This document shows, piece after piece, positions 14,980 through 25,529 of a stretch of DNA of 64,000 nt. This DNA is from Bacteroidales bacterium (GTDB lineage Bacteria; Bacteroidota; Bacteroidia; Bacteroidales; P3). The stretch's first letter is position 1. Each line of letters starts with the position of its first letter. The notes under the pieces were generated by a model, which was not told where the DNA came from, ran no database searches, and was given only the letters and a program-made list of their open reading frames with translations. Position numbers and translations under genes: made by a program. The stretch lies in the NCBI GenBank assembly GCA_017428115.1, contig JAFRRK010000052.1, positions 884 to 64,883 on the forward strand, in the 5' to 3' direction.

Positions 14980-17451
14980 ATGTACACACTCTTTAAGAAA
15001 GAACTGGCCAGTTTTTTTTCATCACTGATAGGATACTTGACCATTGTTGTATTCCTCGTTTTGACGGGGTTGATGCTATGGGTTTTTAAGTCGGATTTCA
15101 ACATCCTAGACTACGGTTATGCCGGAATGGACGGGCTGTTTGTGGTAGGGCCATTCCTTTACCTTTTCCTCATTCCAGCCATCACAATGCGCATGTTTGC
15201 CGAGGAGAAGAAAAACGGCACAATGGAATTGTTGCTCACCAAACCGTTGAGCGAGATGAAGCTCATTTGGGCAAAATTCCTGGCCGGATTTGCATTGGTA
15301 TTCATCTCGCTGCTCCCCACGTTGGTGTGCTACTTTAGTGTGGTTGCTCTTGGCGACCCCGTAGGCAATATTGACACTGGAAGCGTAATAGGCTCGTACA
15401 TAGGGATGCTACTACTGGGGGCTGCCTTTGTTTCCATTGGGCTGTTTGCCAGTTCTATTACTAACAATCAGATTGTTGCTTTTATTTTTGCTGCCCTGAT
15501 GTGTGCTTTCATGCATTTGGGATTTGAAGCGATATACCGCATGGGATTCTTGGGTGATGCCGACCTGTTTGTCCGCTCTTTGGGCATGAGCTATCACTAT
15601 GAATCGATTAGCCGGGGTGTAATAGACAGTCGCGATGTGATTTTTTTTGCCAGTGTGATAGCGGTGTTTATGATGGCGACGCGTATTGTGCTGCAAAGTC
15701 GCAAATGGCATGGCTGGCGAAACAAGAAGGACCAAAGGAGAAGTCATTGGATAGAGCTTGGTGCTGGAATACTTATCGTAGTATTTGTCAACATCATCGG
15801 GTACTATGTATTTGGCCGTTTCGACCTTACGTCGGAGAAAAGGTACACCCTCTCCAAGTCGACAAAGAACCTTTTGAAAAAGATCGATGAGCCGGTGCTG
15901 TACCGGGTTTATCTTGAGGGGGAGTTTCCGGCTGATTTTAAACGTCTGCAGAACGAGACGAAGGAGATGCTGAACCAGTTTAGAGCCTACAACAAAAACG
16001 TACAATACGAATTTGTCAACCCAAACGACTTCGACGACCAACAAGAGCGGCAAGTGTTTTATCAGAAGCTGGCACAAAAAGGCATTCAGCCCACCCAGAT
16101 ACAGGTGAGCACGGGCAATGGGGTGACGACCCAGGTGCTTATACCGGCAGCAGATGTTGTTTACAAGGGCAAAGAGACCTCGATACAGCTGTTGCAGAGT
16201 CAGAAGTATGTAGACCAAACACAACTGCTCAACAACTCGATACAAAGCCTGGAATATGTGCTGTCGAATGCCATACGAGCCCTTTCGCAAGGCCAAAAGC
16301 CCAGCATCGCATTCATGCGAGGGCATGGCGAACTGCCCCTGCCCAACATGTCGGACATGATAGGAGCGCTGTATGAGTATTACAATTTAGACACAGTGCG
16401 GATGGCTGAGAATATAAACTCACTCACCACACGAGTGGTAGACCCCAAAGATTCGACCTATCACTTCCGCAACAAATACGACCTCATCGTTATTGCCAAA
16501 CCCACTGCAATGTTCAGCGACAGGGATTTATACATACTAGACCAATATGTTATGTATGGCGGCAAATTGTTGTGGCTTGTCGACCCACTAGATGCCGACC
16601 TAGACAGCCTGGCACATGCTGGACAGGCTGTGGCAACACGACTCCCTCTAAACATTGACGAGATGCTATTCACTTATGGGGCACGCATCAATCCCGATAT
16701 CATTATGGACATCCGCTGCAGACCCATTCCGATGACAGTGGGCATGGTCGGGGATAAACCGCAGATTCAATTCCAGCCATGGATGTATTTCCCTGAAATT
16801 GTGCCACTGTCGCAACACCCTATTGTGAGGAACCTCGACCTTATCAAAACCGACTTCATCAGTAGTATCGACCTTATTGACAACGATATTGAGAAGACAG
16901 TGCTGCTTGCCACATCAGAGTATTCTCGTGTGAAGAACGCACCAGCCATCTACGACCTGAACGAGGCCAAGATAGAGCCTGATAGGAGATTGTTCAACCG
17001 TCAAAACATCCCCGTGGCAGTATTGCTGCAGGGCAGCTTCAAGTCGATGTTCCGCAATCGGCTGACACCTGACTTTATGGAAATACCCTCCATGGGCTAC
17101 CGTGAAGTGGGTGACAGCACAAGAATGATCATCCTCTCCGATGGCGACATTATTAAAAACCGTTTCAACTACAACGACGGCACAGGCTACCCCCTCGGTT
17201 ACGATTTCTATACCGAAACCATGTATGCCAACAAAGAGTTGCTGCTGAACTGCATAGACTACCTTGTGGGCGAAGAGGGTTCTATAGCCAGCCGCTCGCG
17301 CGACATAAAGATACGCAAATTGAACGTAATGAAGATTAAGGAGGAGGGAATACGCTATAAGCTGCTCAACCTCTTGCTCCCTTCGGGCATCATCATCCTT
17401 GCCGGTATTGTAATCTTCATCATCCGACGCAAACAATATTGTAAAAAATGA
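14980..17451 (+). CDS. fused GldF-like ABC-2 permease and GldG-like protein
   Basis: The N-terminal ~240 aa is a polytopic ABC-2 permease (MRMFAEEKKNGTMELLLTKP). The remainder resembles GldG (RFDLTSEKRYTLSKSTKNLL..., with a C-terminal TM anchor). Confidence 0.75.
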   Translation: MYTLFKKELASFFSSLIGYLTIVVFLVLTGLMLWVFKSDFNILDYGYAGMDGLFVVGPFLYLFLIPAITMRMFAEEKKNGTMELLLTKPLSEMKLIWAKFLAGFALVFISLLPTLVCYFSVVALGDPVGNIDTGSVIGSYIGMLLLGAAFVSIGLFASSITNNQIVAFIFAALMCAFMHLGFEAIYRMGFLGDADLFVRSLGMSYHYESISRGVIDSRDVIFFASVIAVFMMATRIVLQSRKWHGWRNKKDQRRSHWIELGAGILIVVFVNIIGYYVFGRFDLTSEKRYTLSKSTKNLLKKIDEPVLYRVYLEGEFPADFKRLQNETKEMLNQFRAYNKNVQYEFVNPNDFDDQQERQVFYQKLAQKGIQPTQIQVSTGNGVTTQVLIPAADVVYKGKETSIQLLQSQKYVDQTQLLNNSIQSLEYVLSNAIRALSQGQKPSIAFMRGHGELPLPNMSDMIGALYEYYNLDTVRMAENINSLTTRVVDPKDSTYHFRNKYDLIVIAKPTAMFSDRDLYILDQYVMYGGKLLWLVDPLDADLDSLAHAGQAVATRLPLNIDEMLFTYGARINPDIIMDIRCRPIPMTVGMVGDKPQIQFQPWMYFPEIVPLSQHPIVRNLDLIKTDFISSIDLIDNDIEKTVLLATSEYSRVKNAPAIYDLNEAKIEPDRRLFNRQNIPVAVLLQGSFKSMFRNRLTPDFMEIPSMGYREVGDSTRMIILSDGDIIKNRFNYNDGTGYPLGYDFYTETMYANKELLLNCIDYLVGEEGSIASRSRDIKIRKLNVMKIKEEGIRYKLLNLLLPSGIIILAGIVIFIIRRKQYCKK

Positions 17452-18539
17452 AAAAGAAAAATATAATCATCCTATCCGCCGTTATTGTTATCGGCATTGT
17501 GGCACTGTTGACAGCACGGCAGGGGGCAAAGTCCTCCACATTTGAACAAGACTTCCATATAGAAGACATTGATGCCGTTACCAAGATATTCATGGCCGAC
17601 AAGCAGGACAACCAGGTGCTCTTACAACGTGTTGCCGACAGCACGCACGACACCATGTGGACAGTGAACAGCATATACCCTGCAAGCCAACCCATGATAG
17701 ACCTCCTTCTTGAGACATTGCACGACATGCGCATACGCCAACAAGTGAACAAGAACGCCGTTCCCCAGGTTGTGAAATTGCTGTCAGCACGTGCCATTAA
17801 AGTGGAGGTATACCAACAGCGATATTTTATCAACTGGTTCAATGGCAAACTGAAACTTTTTCCTCACGAGAAATTAGCAGCCACCTATTATGTCGGACAC
17901 GAGACCCAAGACATGATGGCATGCCACATGTTCAAAGAAGGAGACAAAGTGCCATACATTATTCACATACCCGGGTTCAGAGGATACCTTACCCCACGAT
18001 TTGTTACCGACCCCATGGCGTGGCGCAGCCACAGTATTGTTCATTGGGACATCCGCCAGCTGCAACGCGTAGAGCTAGAGATACCCTCAACCCCCGAAGA
18101 GTCCTTTGCATTAGAGCGACAAGGCGATGGCTTTGCATTCGAATTGACACAGACGCACACCTATGTGCCCAATTTCGACACTGCACGTGTTGCCCAGATG
18201 CTCTCATGTTTTGCCAACCTTAACTTCGACGAGTTTGCCAGCCGGGTGCCAAACAGCAGTATAGACACCTCTCTCAACGCCGGACCGCGTACCATACTGC
18301 GCATCACTAATACCGAAGGTATCACTCGGGTAGTGAAGAGCTATCTTAAATACAACAACCCCAACGACACGTTGGCTATGCCCGATGATAGCATGTACGA
18401 GATGTTCGACCTCAACCGTCTGTATGCCACTATTGACGACAAGGACACGGTACTTATACAATACTATGTGTTTGACAACATCTTGCAGCCGGCCAGTTTC
18501 TTTCTTGGCCAGCAAAAGAGTCCCTTTGCCAAAGAATAA
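17448..18539 (+). CDS. membrane-anchored hypothetical protein (DUF4340-like, GldG-associated)
   Basis: ATGA start/stop overlap with the upstream gene and an N-terminal TM helix. A protein of this kind usually follows gldG. The family name is assigned from context and memory only. Confidence 0.5.
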   Translation: MKKKNIIILSAVIVIGIVALLTARQGAKSSTFEQDFHIEDIDAVTKIFMADKQDNQVLLQRVADSTHDTMWTVNSIYPASQPMIDLLLETLHDMRIRQQVNKNAVPQVVKLLSARAIKVEVYQQRYFINWFNGKLKLFPHEKLAATYYVGHETQDMMACHMFKEGDKVPYIIHIPGFRGYLTPRFVTDPMAWRSHSIVHWDIRQLQRVELEIPSTPEESFALERQGDGFAFELTQTHTYVPNFDTARVAQMLSCFANLNFDEFASRVPNSSIDTSLNAGPRTILRITNTEGITRVVKSYLKYNNPNDTLAMPDDSMYEMFDLNRLYATIDDKDTVLIQYYVFDNILQPASFFLGQQKSPFAKE

Positions 18540-18542
18540 TAG

Positions 18543-19304
18543 ATGAAGCCGCTGATACTCATAACCAACGACGACGGAGTAACTTCCCGAGGGCTGCGCC
18601 ACCTTGCCGCAGTGGCACAGGAGTATGGCGAGGTTGTTGTGATGGCACCTGACCACAATGCGTCAGGGGTGAGCTCATCTATCACCTTCACCCGCCCGTT
18701 GAGGGTGAACCTCATAAGCCAAGAAGAAAGCATCAGCATCTATTCGTGCGACGGCACCCCAGTCGACTGCGTCAAAATAGGCATAGAACATTTCTGCACA
18801 CGAAAACCAGACCTAGTCCTATCCGGCATCAACTATGGCAGCAACGCATCTATCAACACAATTTACAGCGGCACTATTGGGGCAGTGCTTGAGGCTTGCA
18901 TAAAAGGATGTCAGGCTGTAGGGTTTTCACTGCTCAACCACAATCCTGATGCCGACTTTGATGCTTGCACACCATCCATACGGCACATATTGAGCTACGT
19001 TCTTCAGCATCCTATTCCCGACTTCACAGCCCTCAACGTAAACATACCACGCCTCCCAGCAAACCAAATAAAAGGTATAAGAGTATGCCAGCAGGCTCGA
19101 GCCACATGGAAAGATATCCTTGAGAAACGCATCGACCCCATTAGAAGACCTTATTGGTGGTTGTCGTTGAAACTAGTGTGTGGAAACCCTCCGCATGATA
19201 GTGATGAGCATTTTCTTGCCGAAGGCTATGTCACCGTTGTTCCCATCCAACCCGACTTTACTGCCACTCAACACCTTCCAAGTCTCAAAAATATAGAAAT
19301 ATGA
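18543..19304 (+). CDS. surE: 5'/3'-nucleotidase SurE
   Basis: The N-terminus MKPLILITNDDGVTSRGL...MAPDHNASG is the SurE signature. Confidence 0.9.
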   Translation: MKPLILITNDDGVTSRGLRHLAAVAQEYGEVVVMAPDHNASGVSSSITFTRPLRVNLISQEESISIYSCDGTPVDCVKIGIEHFCTRKPDLVLSGINYGSNASINTIYSGTIGAVLEACIKGCQAVGFSLLNHNPDADFDACTPSIRHILSYVLQHPIPDFTALNVNIPRLPANQIKGIRVCQQARATWKDILEKRIDPIRRPYWWLSLKLVCGNPPHDSDEHFLAEGYVTVVPIQPDFTATQHLPSLKNIEI

Positions 19305-19591
19305 AGCAGCTACTACATAAAGACAGCATCGCCACAGGCATCATAACAACACTTATTTCTGAGATACTCTGTGCCGCAATGGTATGCATAGTCTTATTGA
19401 TAATGGGCACCCCCTTTACCGAACACGCTCGATGGTTTGCCATTTCGTTTGTTCCTCCTCTGCTACTACTGCGTCACTACGCCAAAACAAAAGATTATCC
19501 CACAACCCTCAAAAGCGTTATCAGCACATTCTTCATCACCTTTGTGGCGTATATGTGGATAATGATGAAATATAAGTTTATCACATTTTGA
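19301..19591 (+). CDS. small membrane protein
   Basis: Start overlaps the surE stop. It has three hydrophobic helices and sits between surE and lpxB. Confidence 0.5.
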   Translation: MKQLLHKDSIATGIITTLISEILCAAMVCIVLLIMGTPFTEHARWFAISFVPPLLLLRHYAKTKDYPTTLKSVISTFFITFVAYMWIMMKYKFITF

Positions 19592-19592
19592 T

Positions 19593-20702
19593 ATGAAGTA
19601 CTATATCATTGCAGGCGAAGCTTCGGGCGACCTCCACGGTGCCAACCTAATGCGGGCATTGCTTCGACAGGATGCCGAGGCGCAGTTCCGTTTCTGGGGA
19701 GGCGATGCCATGCAAGATGTAGCAGGCAATCCCGTACGCCATATCCATGACCTGGCTATCATGGGTTTTATCGAAGTGCTGACACACCTGCGCAGCGTGT
19801 TGGGAAATATCCATTTCTGTAAACAAGACTTACTACAATACCACCCCGATGCAGTCATCACAATAGATTATCCCGGCTTCAACCTAAAGATAGCCAAATT
19901 CGCCCATCAGCATGGAATAAAGACCATCCACTATATTTCGCCACAACTATGGGCATGGAAGAAAGGACGCATCAATGGGATGAGACGCCACCTCGACAAA
20001 CTATGCTACATACTTCCATTTGAACAGAAATTTTTCGCAAACAACAATTTCCCTCAGGCCGTATACGTGGGACATCCATTGCTCGATGCCGTCGCTCAAT
20101 ACCGACAGAAACCCTCCGACTCAATTTATTACGACAAGCCCATCATTGCCCTACTGCCCGGCAGCCGCCGCCAAGAAATAGAACGGGTACTGCCCACCAT
20201 GCTTACCATTGCCGACCATCATCCCGAATACCATTTTGTCATTGCCGGCATGACACTGATTGACGATAGTCTATACCAACAATTGATTGGCCGTAGAGCA
20301 AACCTCTCTATCGTCAAAGATAGAACATATCCTCTTCTCAGCAAAGCTTTTGCTGCCATAGTATGTTCTGGCACCGCCACATTAGAGACGGCACTTTTCA
20401 ATGTGCCACAAGTGGTGTGCTATCGTGCCAATGCCCTCTCGATAGCTATTGCCAGAAGACTCATCGGCACAAAAATCAAATACATCTCACTAGTCAACCT
20501 GATTGCCGACCATCCCATTGTTACCGAACTAATTCAAAGTGATATGAGCATTCAGCAGCTGGAAAAAGAATTTGCTCATATCACCTCCGACACCACCTCT
20601 AGGCAGCTGATGCTTGAACATTACACCCACCTACGCACCCTTCTAGGCAATGCCGGAGCATCCGACCGTGTCGCTAAAGAGATAATAGAAGTACTAAATT
20701 GA
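19593..20702 (+). CDS. lpxB: lipid-A-disaccharide synthase
   Basis: MKYYIIAGEASGDLHGANLMRAL is the LpxB N-terminal signature. 369 aa. Confidence 0.9.
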   Translation: MKYYIIAGEASGDLHGANLMRALLRQDAEAQFRFWGGDAMQDVAGNPVRHIHDLAIMGFIEVLTHLRSVLGNIHFCKQDLLQYHPDAVITIDYPGFNLKIAKFAHQHGIKTIHYISPQLWAWKKGRINGMRRHLDKLCYILPFEQKFFANNNFPQAVYVGHPLLDAVAQYRQKPSDSIYYDKPIIALLPGSRRQEIERVLPTMLTIADHHPEYHFVIAGMTLIDDSLYQQLIGRRANLSIVKDRTYPLLSKAFAAIVCSGTATLETALFNVPQVVCYRANALSIAIARRLIGTKIKYISLVNLIADHPIVTELIQSDMSIQQLEKEFAHITSDTTSRQLMLEHYTHLRTLLGNAGASDRVAKEIIEVLN

Positions 20703-22030
20703 AGAAATCCCTGCTCATAATAATCTGCCTTCTATCACTTGTTGTAGATGCCTCAGCCGAACGAGTGAGGGTTCGACTTTTTTCAAACAACAGCATCGAC
20801 AACATAGCCATATCGTTCGACCTTGGAACATATAATATCTACGCTGACGACACCATACTGATTGAACCCGAGGTAGGAATTGGCAAATCTATTGAACTTA
20901 CACCCGTAGGTCAAAAAGTACATGTCACTATCGATGGCTACAACTACGGCAACCACAACACGATTCATTTCACTGCCAACGACACTGCCTGCATACTCTG
21001 CCTCAATCCCAGAAATCTAAAACACAGAACATACGAAGGCGACCTGCATGTCTCAGTCAACAAGAATGGCAAACTATTCATTATAAACGAGGTGGAGTTT
21101 GAAACATACATCGCTGGCGTAGTACAATCTGAAATATATGGCGACAGTCCCGACATTTTCCGCGTGCAAGCCATCATCTCCCGCACATGGGCATTAAAAA
21201 ACATCAACAAACATCGTTCAGAAGGCTATAACTTTTGCGACCAAGTGCACTGCCAAGCATACCTCAACCGTTGCGTTCGTCCCGACATCATGCTTGGCAC
21301 TATGCTCAGTAGCGGCATGACCATAGTCGACAACCAAGGAAAACTAATTGACACACCTTTTCATTCTAACAGCGGCGGACAAACTGCCAATTCTGAAGAC
21401 GTTTGGCGCAGCGCCGTACCATATCTACGCTCAGTCAACGACACATTCTCCTACCACATGCGCCAAAGCGAATGGGTCAAAGTAATCAACAAAGATAAAT
21501 GGCTCAACTACTTCGCATCTAAGCACAAAGTAGACATCCACAACGATAGTATACGCAACCTGCTCCTATCTTTCAGCCAATCCGAACGGAAAGTGCGCCT
21601 ATGTGGAGTCCCTCTCACACGCATCCGCACCGACTTCCAACTCAAATCTACTTTCTTTTCAATAATCTACGACAGCGTCACCGAACGTCTTACCCTTTCT
21701 GGACATGGATTTGGTCATGGAGTGGGGCTAAGCCAAGAAGGTGCCATACGCATGGTAGGTCTCGGAATCAGCTACGACAGCATAATCCACCACTACTACA
21801 CTAGTGCCCACATTCAAAAAAATGATATTTACCCAAGTTCTTACGTCGAACACTACATCCAACAAATATCCCAAATCATAGAAGAAGACAAACAATCCAA
21901 CACCCAAACCAAATCTAAGAAAGACGATTGGTTAGGCAGACTATTCCGCCTCCGTGACCGCGAAGAACGTGAAGAAGTCTACGACCCCACAACCGAAGAA
22001 CTCGAAAACGATTGGAAATACGACTGGTAA
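20699..22030 (+). CDS. SpoIID/LytB domain protein
   Basis: Signal peptide. YIAGVVQSEIYG...QAIISRTWAL...FCDQVHCQAY...FHSNSGGQT are SpoIID-domain motifs. Confidence 0.8.
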   Translation: MKKSLLIIICLLSLVVDASAERVRVRLFSNNSIDNIAISFDLGTYNIYADDTILIEPEVGIGKSIELTPVGQKVHVTIDGYNYGNHNTIHFTANDTACILCLNPRNLKHRTYEGDLHVSVNKNGKLFIINEVEFETYIAGVVQSEIYGDSPDIFRVQAIISRTWALKNINKHRSEGYNFCDQVHCQAYLNRCVRPDIMLGTMLSSGMTIVDNQGKLIDTPFHSNSGGQTANSEDVWRSAVPYLRSVNDTFSYHMRQSEWVKVINKDKWLNYFASKHKVDIHNDSIRNLLLSFSQSERKVRLCGVPLTRIRTDFQLKSTFFSIIYDSVTERLTLSGHGFGHGVGLSQEGAIRMVGLGISYDSIIHHYYTSAHIQKNDIYPSSYVEHYIQQISQIIEEDKQSNTQTKSKKDDWLGRLFRLRDREEREEVYDPTTEELENDWKYDW

Positions 22031-22057
22031 TAATAATTGTCAAATATACAAATCACA

Positions 22058-22624
22058 ATGAAGACAAAAATTCTCTTATTCCTCACCCTCGGAATCCTCA
22101 TTGGAACGTCCGCTCGTGCACAACAAATCGAATGGAAAACCATTGAACAAGCCGCTAAAACCGATACGAAAAGCAATACCAAATTGTACTTTATCGACTT
22201 CTACACCTCCTGGTGCGGTTGGTGTAAAAAGATGGACCGAGAAACCTTCACCGACCCCACCGTAGCACTTATTCTAAACAAATACTACATCCCTGTAAAA
22301 TTCAACGCCGAAGGCAATTCCGAGTTCTACTGGAAAGGCGACAAATACAACAATGTGGCCACAGCACCAGGCAATAGGCCCAACACCCACTCATTTGCCA
22401 AAAAGGTACTGGGTGCCAAAATGGGATTCCCATCCTTCGGACTATTCAAAACCGACCAATCTCAACTCACCGTAATTCAAGGATATCAATCTGCCAACGA
22501 CCTTGTCGTCATACTATGGTATTTCGCCTCAGGCGACAACAAACGCTACAACTTTGAAAAATACCAACTAATCTTCGATAAGGAGATACGTCCGTCAATG
22601 AACGCAAAGCTAGCTAGCGAATAA
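22058..22624 (+). CDS. thioredoxin-fold protein, secreted
   Basis: Start trimmed to MKTKILLF (signal peptide). CxxC motif is FYTSWCGWCKKMD. Confidence 0.75.
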   Translation: MKTKILLFLTLGILIGTSARAQQIEWKTIEQAAKTDTKSNTKLYFIDFYTSWCGWCKKMDRETFTDPTVALILNKYYIPVKFNAEGNSEFYWKGDKYNNVATAPGNRPNTHSFAKKVLGAKMGFPSFGLFKTDQSQLTVIQGYQSANDLVVILWYFASGDNKRYNFEKYQLIFDKEIRPSMNAKLASE

Positions 22625-22656
22625 CCTTATATAAAACAACTTAACACTATTACACC

Positions 22657-23604
22657 ATGGGCCTATTCAGTAGAAAAGAAAAGAAAGAGACCCTTGACCA
22701 AGGTCTCTCCAAGACCAAAGAAAGATTCTTCGCAAAACTAACCAAAAGCATCTTGGGCAAATCATCAGTCGACGATAGCGTCCTCGACAATCTCGAAGAA
22801 ACACTCATCACTTCAGATGTGGGGGTAGAAACAACACTGAAAATAATCGACAAACTACAAGAACGCATCAAACGCGACAAATACATAAGCACTTCCGAGC
22901 TCAACTCCATCCTCCGTGCCGAGATATCTACCCTACTCAAAAAACACGATGGCGCATTCCCTGAGGACTTCGATTCACCTCTACCTCACAAACCCTACGT
23001 AGTGCTTGTTGTCGGCGTCAACGGCGTTGGAAAAACCACCACCATTGCTAAATTAGCTTACCAATACAAACAGGCTGGCAAGAAAGTCATGCTCGGCGCT
23101 GCCGACACCTTTCGTGCCGCCGCCGTCGAACAGCTCCAACTATGGGCCGACCGCGTCGATGTCCCCATCGTACAACAAGGCATGAACGCTGACCCGGCTT
23201 CTGTGGCCTACGATACACTCCAATCAGCCATCTCCAAAGGCATCGATGTAGTCCTTATCGACACAGCCGGACGTCTCCACAACAAAGTGGGTCTGATGAA
23301 CGAACTCGGCAAAATCAAGAAAGTGATGCAAAAAATCCTTCCCGACGCTCCCCACGAAGTACTCCTCGTCCTCGATGCCAGCACAGGCCAAAACGCAATC
23401 GAACAAGCCAAGCAATTCACCGCCGCCACACATGTTAATGCCCTCGCACTCACCAAACTCGATGGCACGGCCAAGGGCGGTGTGATCATCGGCATCAGCG
23501 ACCAATTCAATATACCTGTACGATATATTGGACTTGGCGAAAAGATGACCGACCTCCAAACATTCAATGCCGACGAATTTGTCGACAGCCTTTTTGACAA
23601 ATAA
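22657..23604 (+). CDS. ftsY: signal recognition particle receptor FtsY
   Basis: SRP-GTPase motifs GVNGVGKTTT, DTAGRL and TKLDGTAKGG. Confidence 0.92.
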   Translation: MGLFSRKEKKETLDQGLSKTKERFFAKLTKSILGKSSVDDSVLDNLEETLITSDVGVETTLKIIDKLQERIKRDKYISTSELNSILRAEISTLLKKHDGAFPEDFDSPLPHKPYVVLVVGVNGVGKTTTIAKLAYQYKQAGKKVMLGAADTFRAAAVEQLQLWADRVDVPIVQQGMNADPASVAYDTLQSAISKGIDVVLIDTAGRLHNKVGLMNELGKIKKVMQKILPDAPHEVLLVLDASTGQNAIEQAKQFTAATHVNALALTKLDGTAKGGVIIGISDQFNIPVRYIGLGEKMTDLQTFNADEFVDSLFDK

Positions 23605-23613
23605 TCATTCCAA

Positions 23614-24909
23614 TTGAAAATAAACATTATCACCCTCGGTTGTAGCAAAAACACCGTCGACTCTGAAAACGTTGCCGGGCACCTTATTAAAGAGGGCCAC
23701 ACCATCTATTTCGACCGCCAACAAAACGACTGCGACACCGTCATCGTCAACACCTGCGGCTTCATCGGTGATGCCAAAGAGGAATCAGTCAACACTTTAC
23801 TCGAACAGATTCAAGCCAAGAAACACTTTAACCAACGGCACGCCCATGATGCACGTCGGCGCACACTAATAGCCGTAGGCTGTCTTGTAGAACGCTACCG
23901 CGACCAGCTGCGTGTCGAGATGCCCGAAGTAGACGGCTGGTACGGCGTCCACGAGTGGAACAAACTCTCAGCCGACGCAACCAACTTTACCAGCCTCCGA
24001 CAAACTAGCACACCCCCACACTACGCCTTCCTTAAAATTGCCGAAGGCTGCAACCGCAGCTGCTCCTACTGCGCCATCCCACTTATCCGTGGCCGACATG
24101 TCTCACGACCCATCGACGATCTCGTCGCCGAAGCAAAAGACCTGGTCAGCAAAGGTGTCAAAGAGCTCATCATCATCTCGCAAGACACCACATACTATGG
24201 ACTCGACCTCTACGGAAAACGATGCCTTGGCAGCCTCCTCGAGCGCCTAGCCACCGAGAGTGGAGCCTCATGGATACGGCTTCACTACACCTACCCCACC
24301 TCCTTCCCCACCGATGCCATCGATGTCATCCGCCGTCACGACAACATCTGCAACTACATCGACATCCCGCTACAACACATCAACAGCCGTATACTTACCT
24401 CCATGAAGCGCGGTATAGACCGTAAGGGTACCCTTAGACTCCTCGACACCTTTCGCACCCAACTACCAAACGTCTGCATCCGCACCACACTCATCGTAGG
24501 ATATCCTGGTGAAACAGCGCAAGAATTCGAAGAACTGAAACAATTCGTCCGCGACGCTCAGTTCGACCGCATGGGATGCTTTGCCTACTCGCCCGAAGAA
24601 GGCACCCCTGCCGAAGCCCTTGGCGACCCGGTTAGCGAAGAAGAAAAAGAACTACGTGTCAGCGAGCTGATGGCCATTCAAGAACAAATATCCCTAGCCA
24701 AAAACCAAGCCCGCATAGGACACATCTACCGTGTCCTCGTCGACCGTCTAGAAGGCGACAACTACATCGCTCGAACCGAATACGACAGCCCCGACATCGA
24801 CGACGAAGTCCTCATCCCCACCAACACACCTCTCAAGATAGGCGAATTTTACCATGTCCGCATAACCCAAGCCTTCGAAAACGACCTCATTGCACAGCTA
24901 CTCAAATAG
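23614..24909 (+). CDS. rimO: ribosomal protein S12 methylthiotransferase RimO
   Basis: MTTase N-terminus ITLGCSKN, radical-SAM motif CNRSCSYC, and a C-terminal TRAM-like region. Confidence 0.88.
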   Translation: MKINIITLGCSKNTVDSENVAGHLIKEGHTIYFDRQQNDCDTVIVNTCGFIGDAKEESVNTLLEQIQAKKHFNQRHAHDARRRTLIAVGCLVERYRDQLRVEMPEVDGWYGVHEWNKLSADATNFTSLRQTSTPPHYAFLKIAEGCNRSCSYCAIPLIRGRHVSRPIDDLVAEAKDLVSKGVKELIIISQDTTYYGLDLYGKRCLGSLLERLATESGASWIRLHYTYPTSFPTDAIDVIRRHDNICNYIDIPLQHINSRILTSMKRGIDRKGTLRLLDTFRTQLPNVCIRTTLIVGYPGETAQEFEELKQFVRDAQFDRMGCFAYSPEEGTPAEALGDPVSEEEKELRVSELMAIQEQISLAKNQARIGHIYRVLVDRLEGDNYIARTEYDSPDIDDEVLIPTNTPLKIGEFYHVRITQAFENDLIAQLLK

Positions 24910-25266
24910 TCCCGCACCTCATTAACACAAAAATACACATTCCCATTCTTCCTCAACTCCAAACACACATTCCGTCCAAACAACCACAGCTGGGACACAA
25001 CAAACGGCATCTCCAACAGACCAACTTCATGTTGCGCCATCACTAGAAACGCCCCTTCCCAAAAATAGTCACTCACCGTGACGACAACATCGCCTATTTC
25101 GACAGAATTGTCTCGACCGCCCATCAACAACAAAAGCAAAAGCCACAGACATATAGCATAGCATGCGGCCTCTGGGCCATACAAAACTTCTCCCCGCTTA
25201 CACTCACTCCTAAAGACATCAAATACTCATAATCGGTAGAGCCACTTTATTTTTGAATCATTACCA

Positions 25267-25310
25267 TAAAAAAGAAGCACCTCCCCACGGGGGAAGTGCT
25301 TCTTATTTTT
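25267..25310 (-). terminator. bidirectional rho-independent terminator after rpmF
   Basis: AAGAAGCACCTCCCC-acg-GGGGAAGTGCTTCTT hairpin flanked by an A-run and a T-run. Confidence 0.7.
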
Positions 25311-25322
25311 ATATACCAAAAC

Positions 25323-25508
25323 CTATGCCTCAGCGTTCTTTTCAATGGCAAGTTTGCCGCGATAGTATCCGCATTCGGGGCATACGTGGTGGTACATTAC
25401 TGGAGCGCCGCAATTGCTGCACGTCGTGAGCTGGGCTTTCTCCAAACTGTCGTGTGTTCTGCGCTTCGCTGTGCGAGTCTGCGAGAATCTGTGTTTAGGA
25501 TGTGGCAT
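25323..25508 (-). CDS. rpmF: 50S ribosomal protein L32
   Basis: MPHPKHRFSQTRTAKRRTHD plus a CxxC...CxxC zinc ribbon. Confidence 0.92.
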   Translation of the reverse strand: MPHPKHRFSQTRTAKRRTHDSLEKAQLTTCSNCGAPVMYHHVCPECGYYRGKLAIEKNAEA

Positions 25509-25529
25509 AATTAATTATTTTTTATTTGT

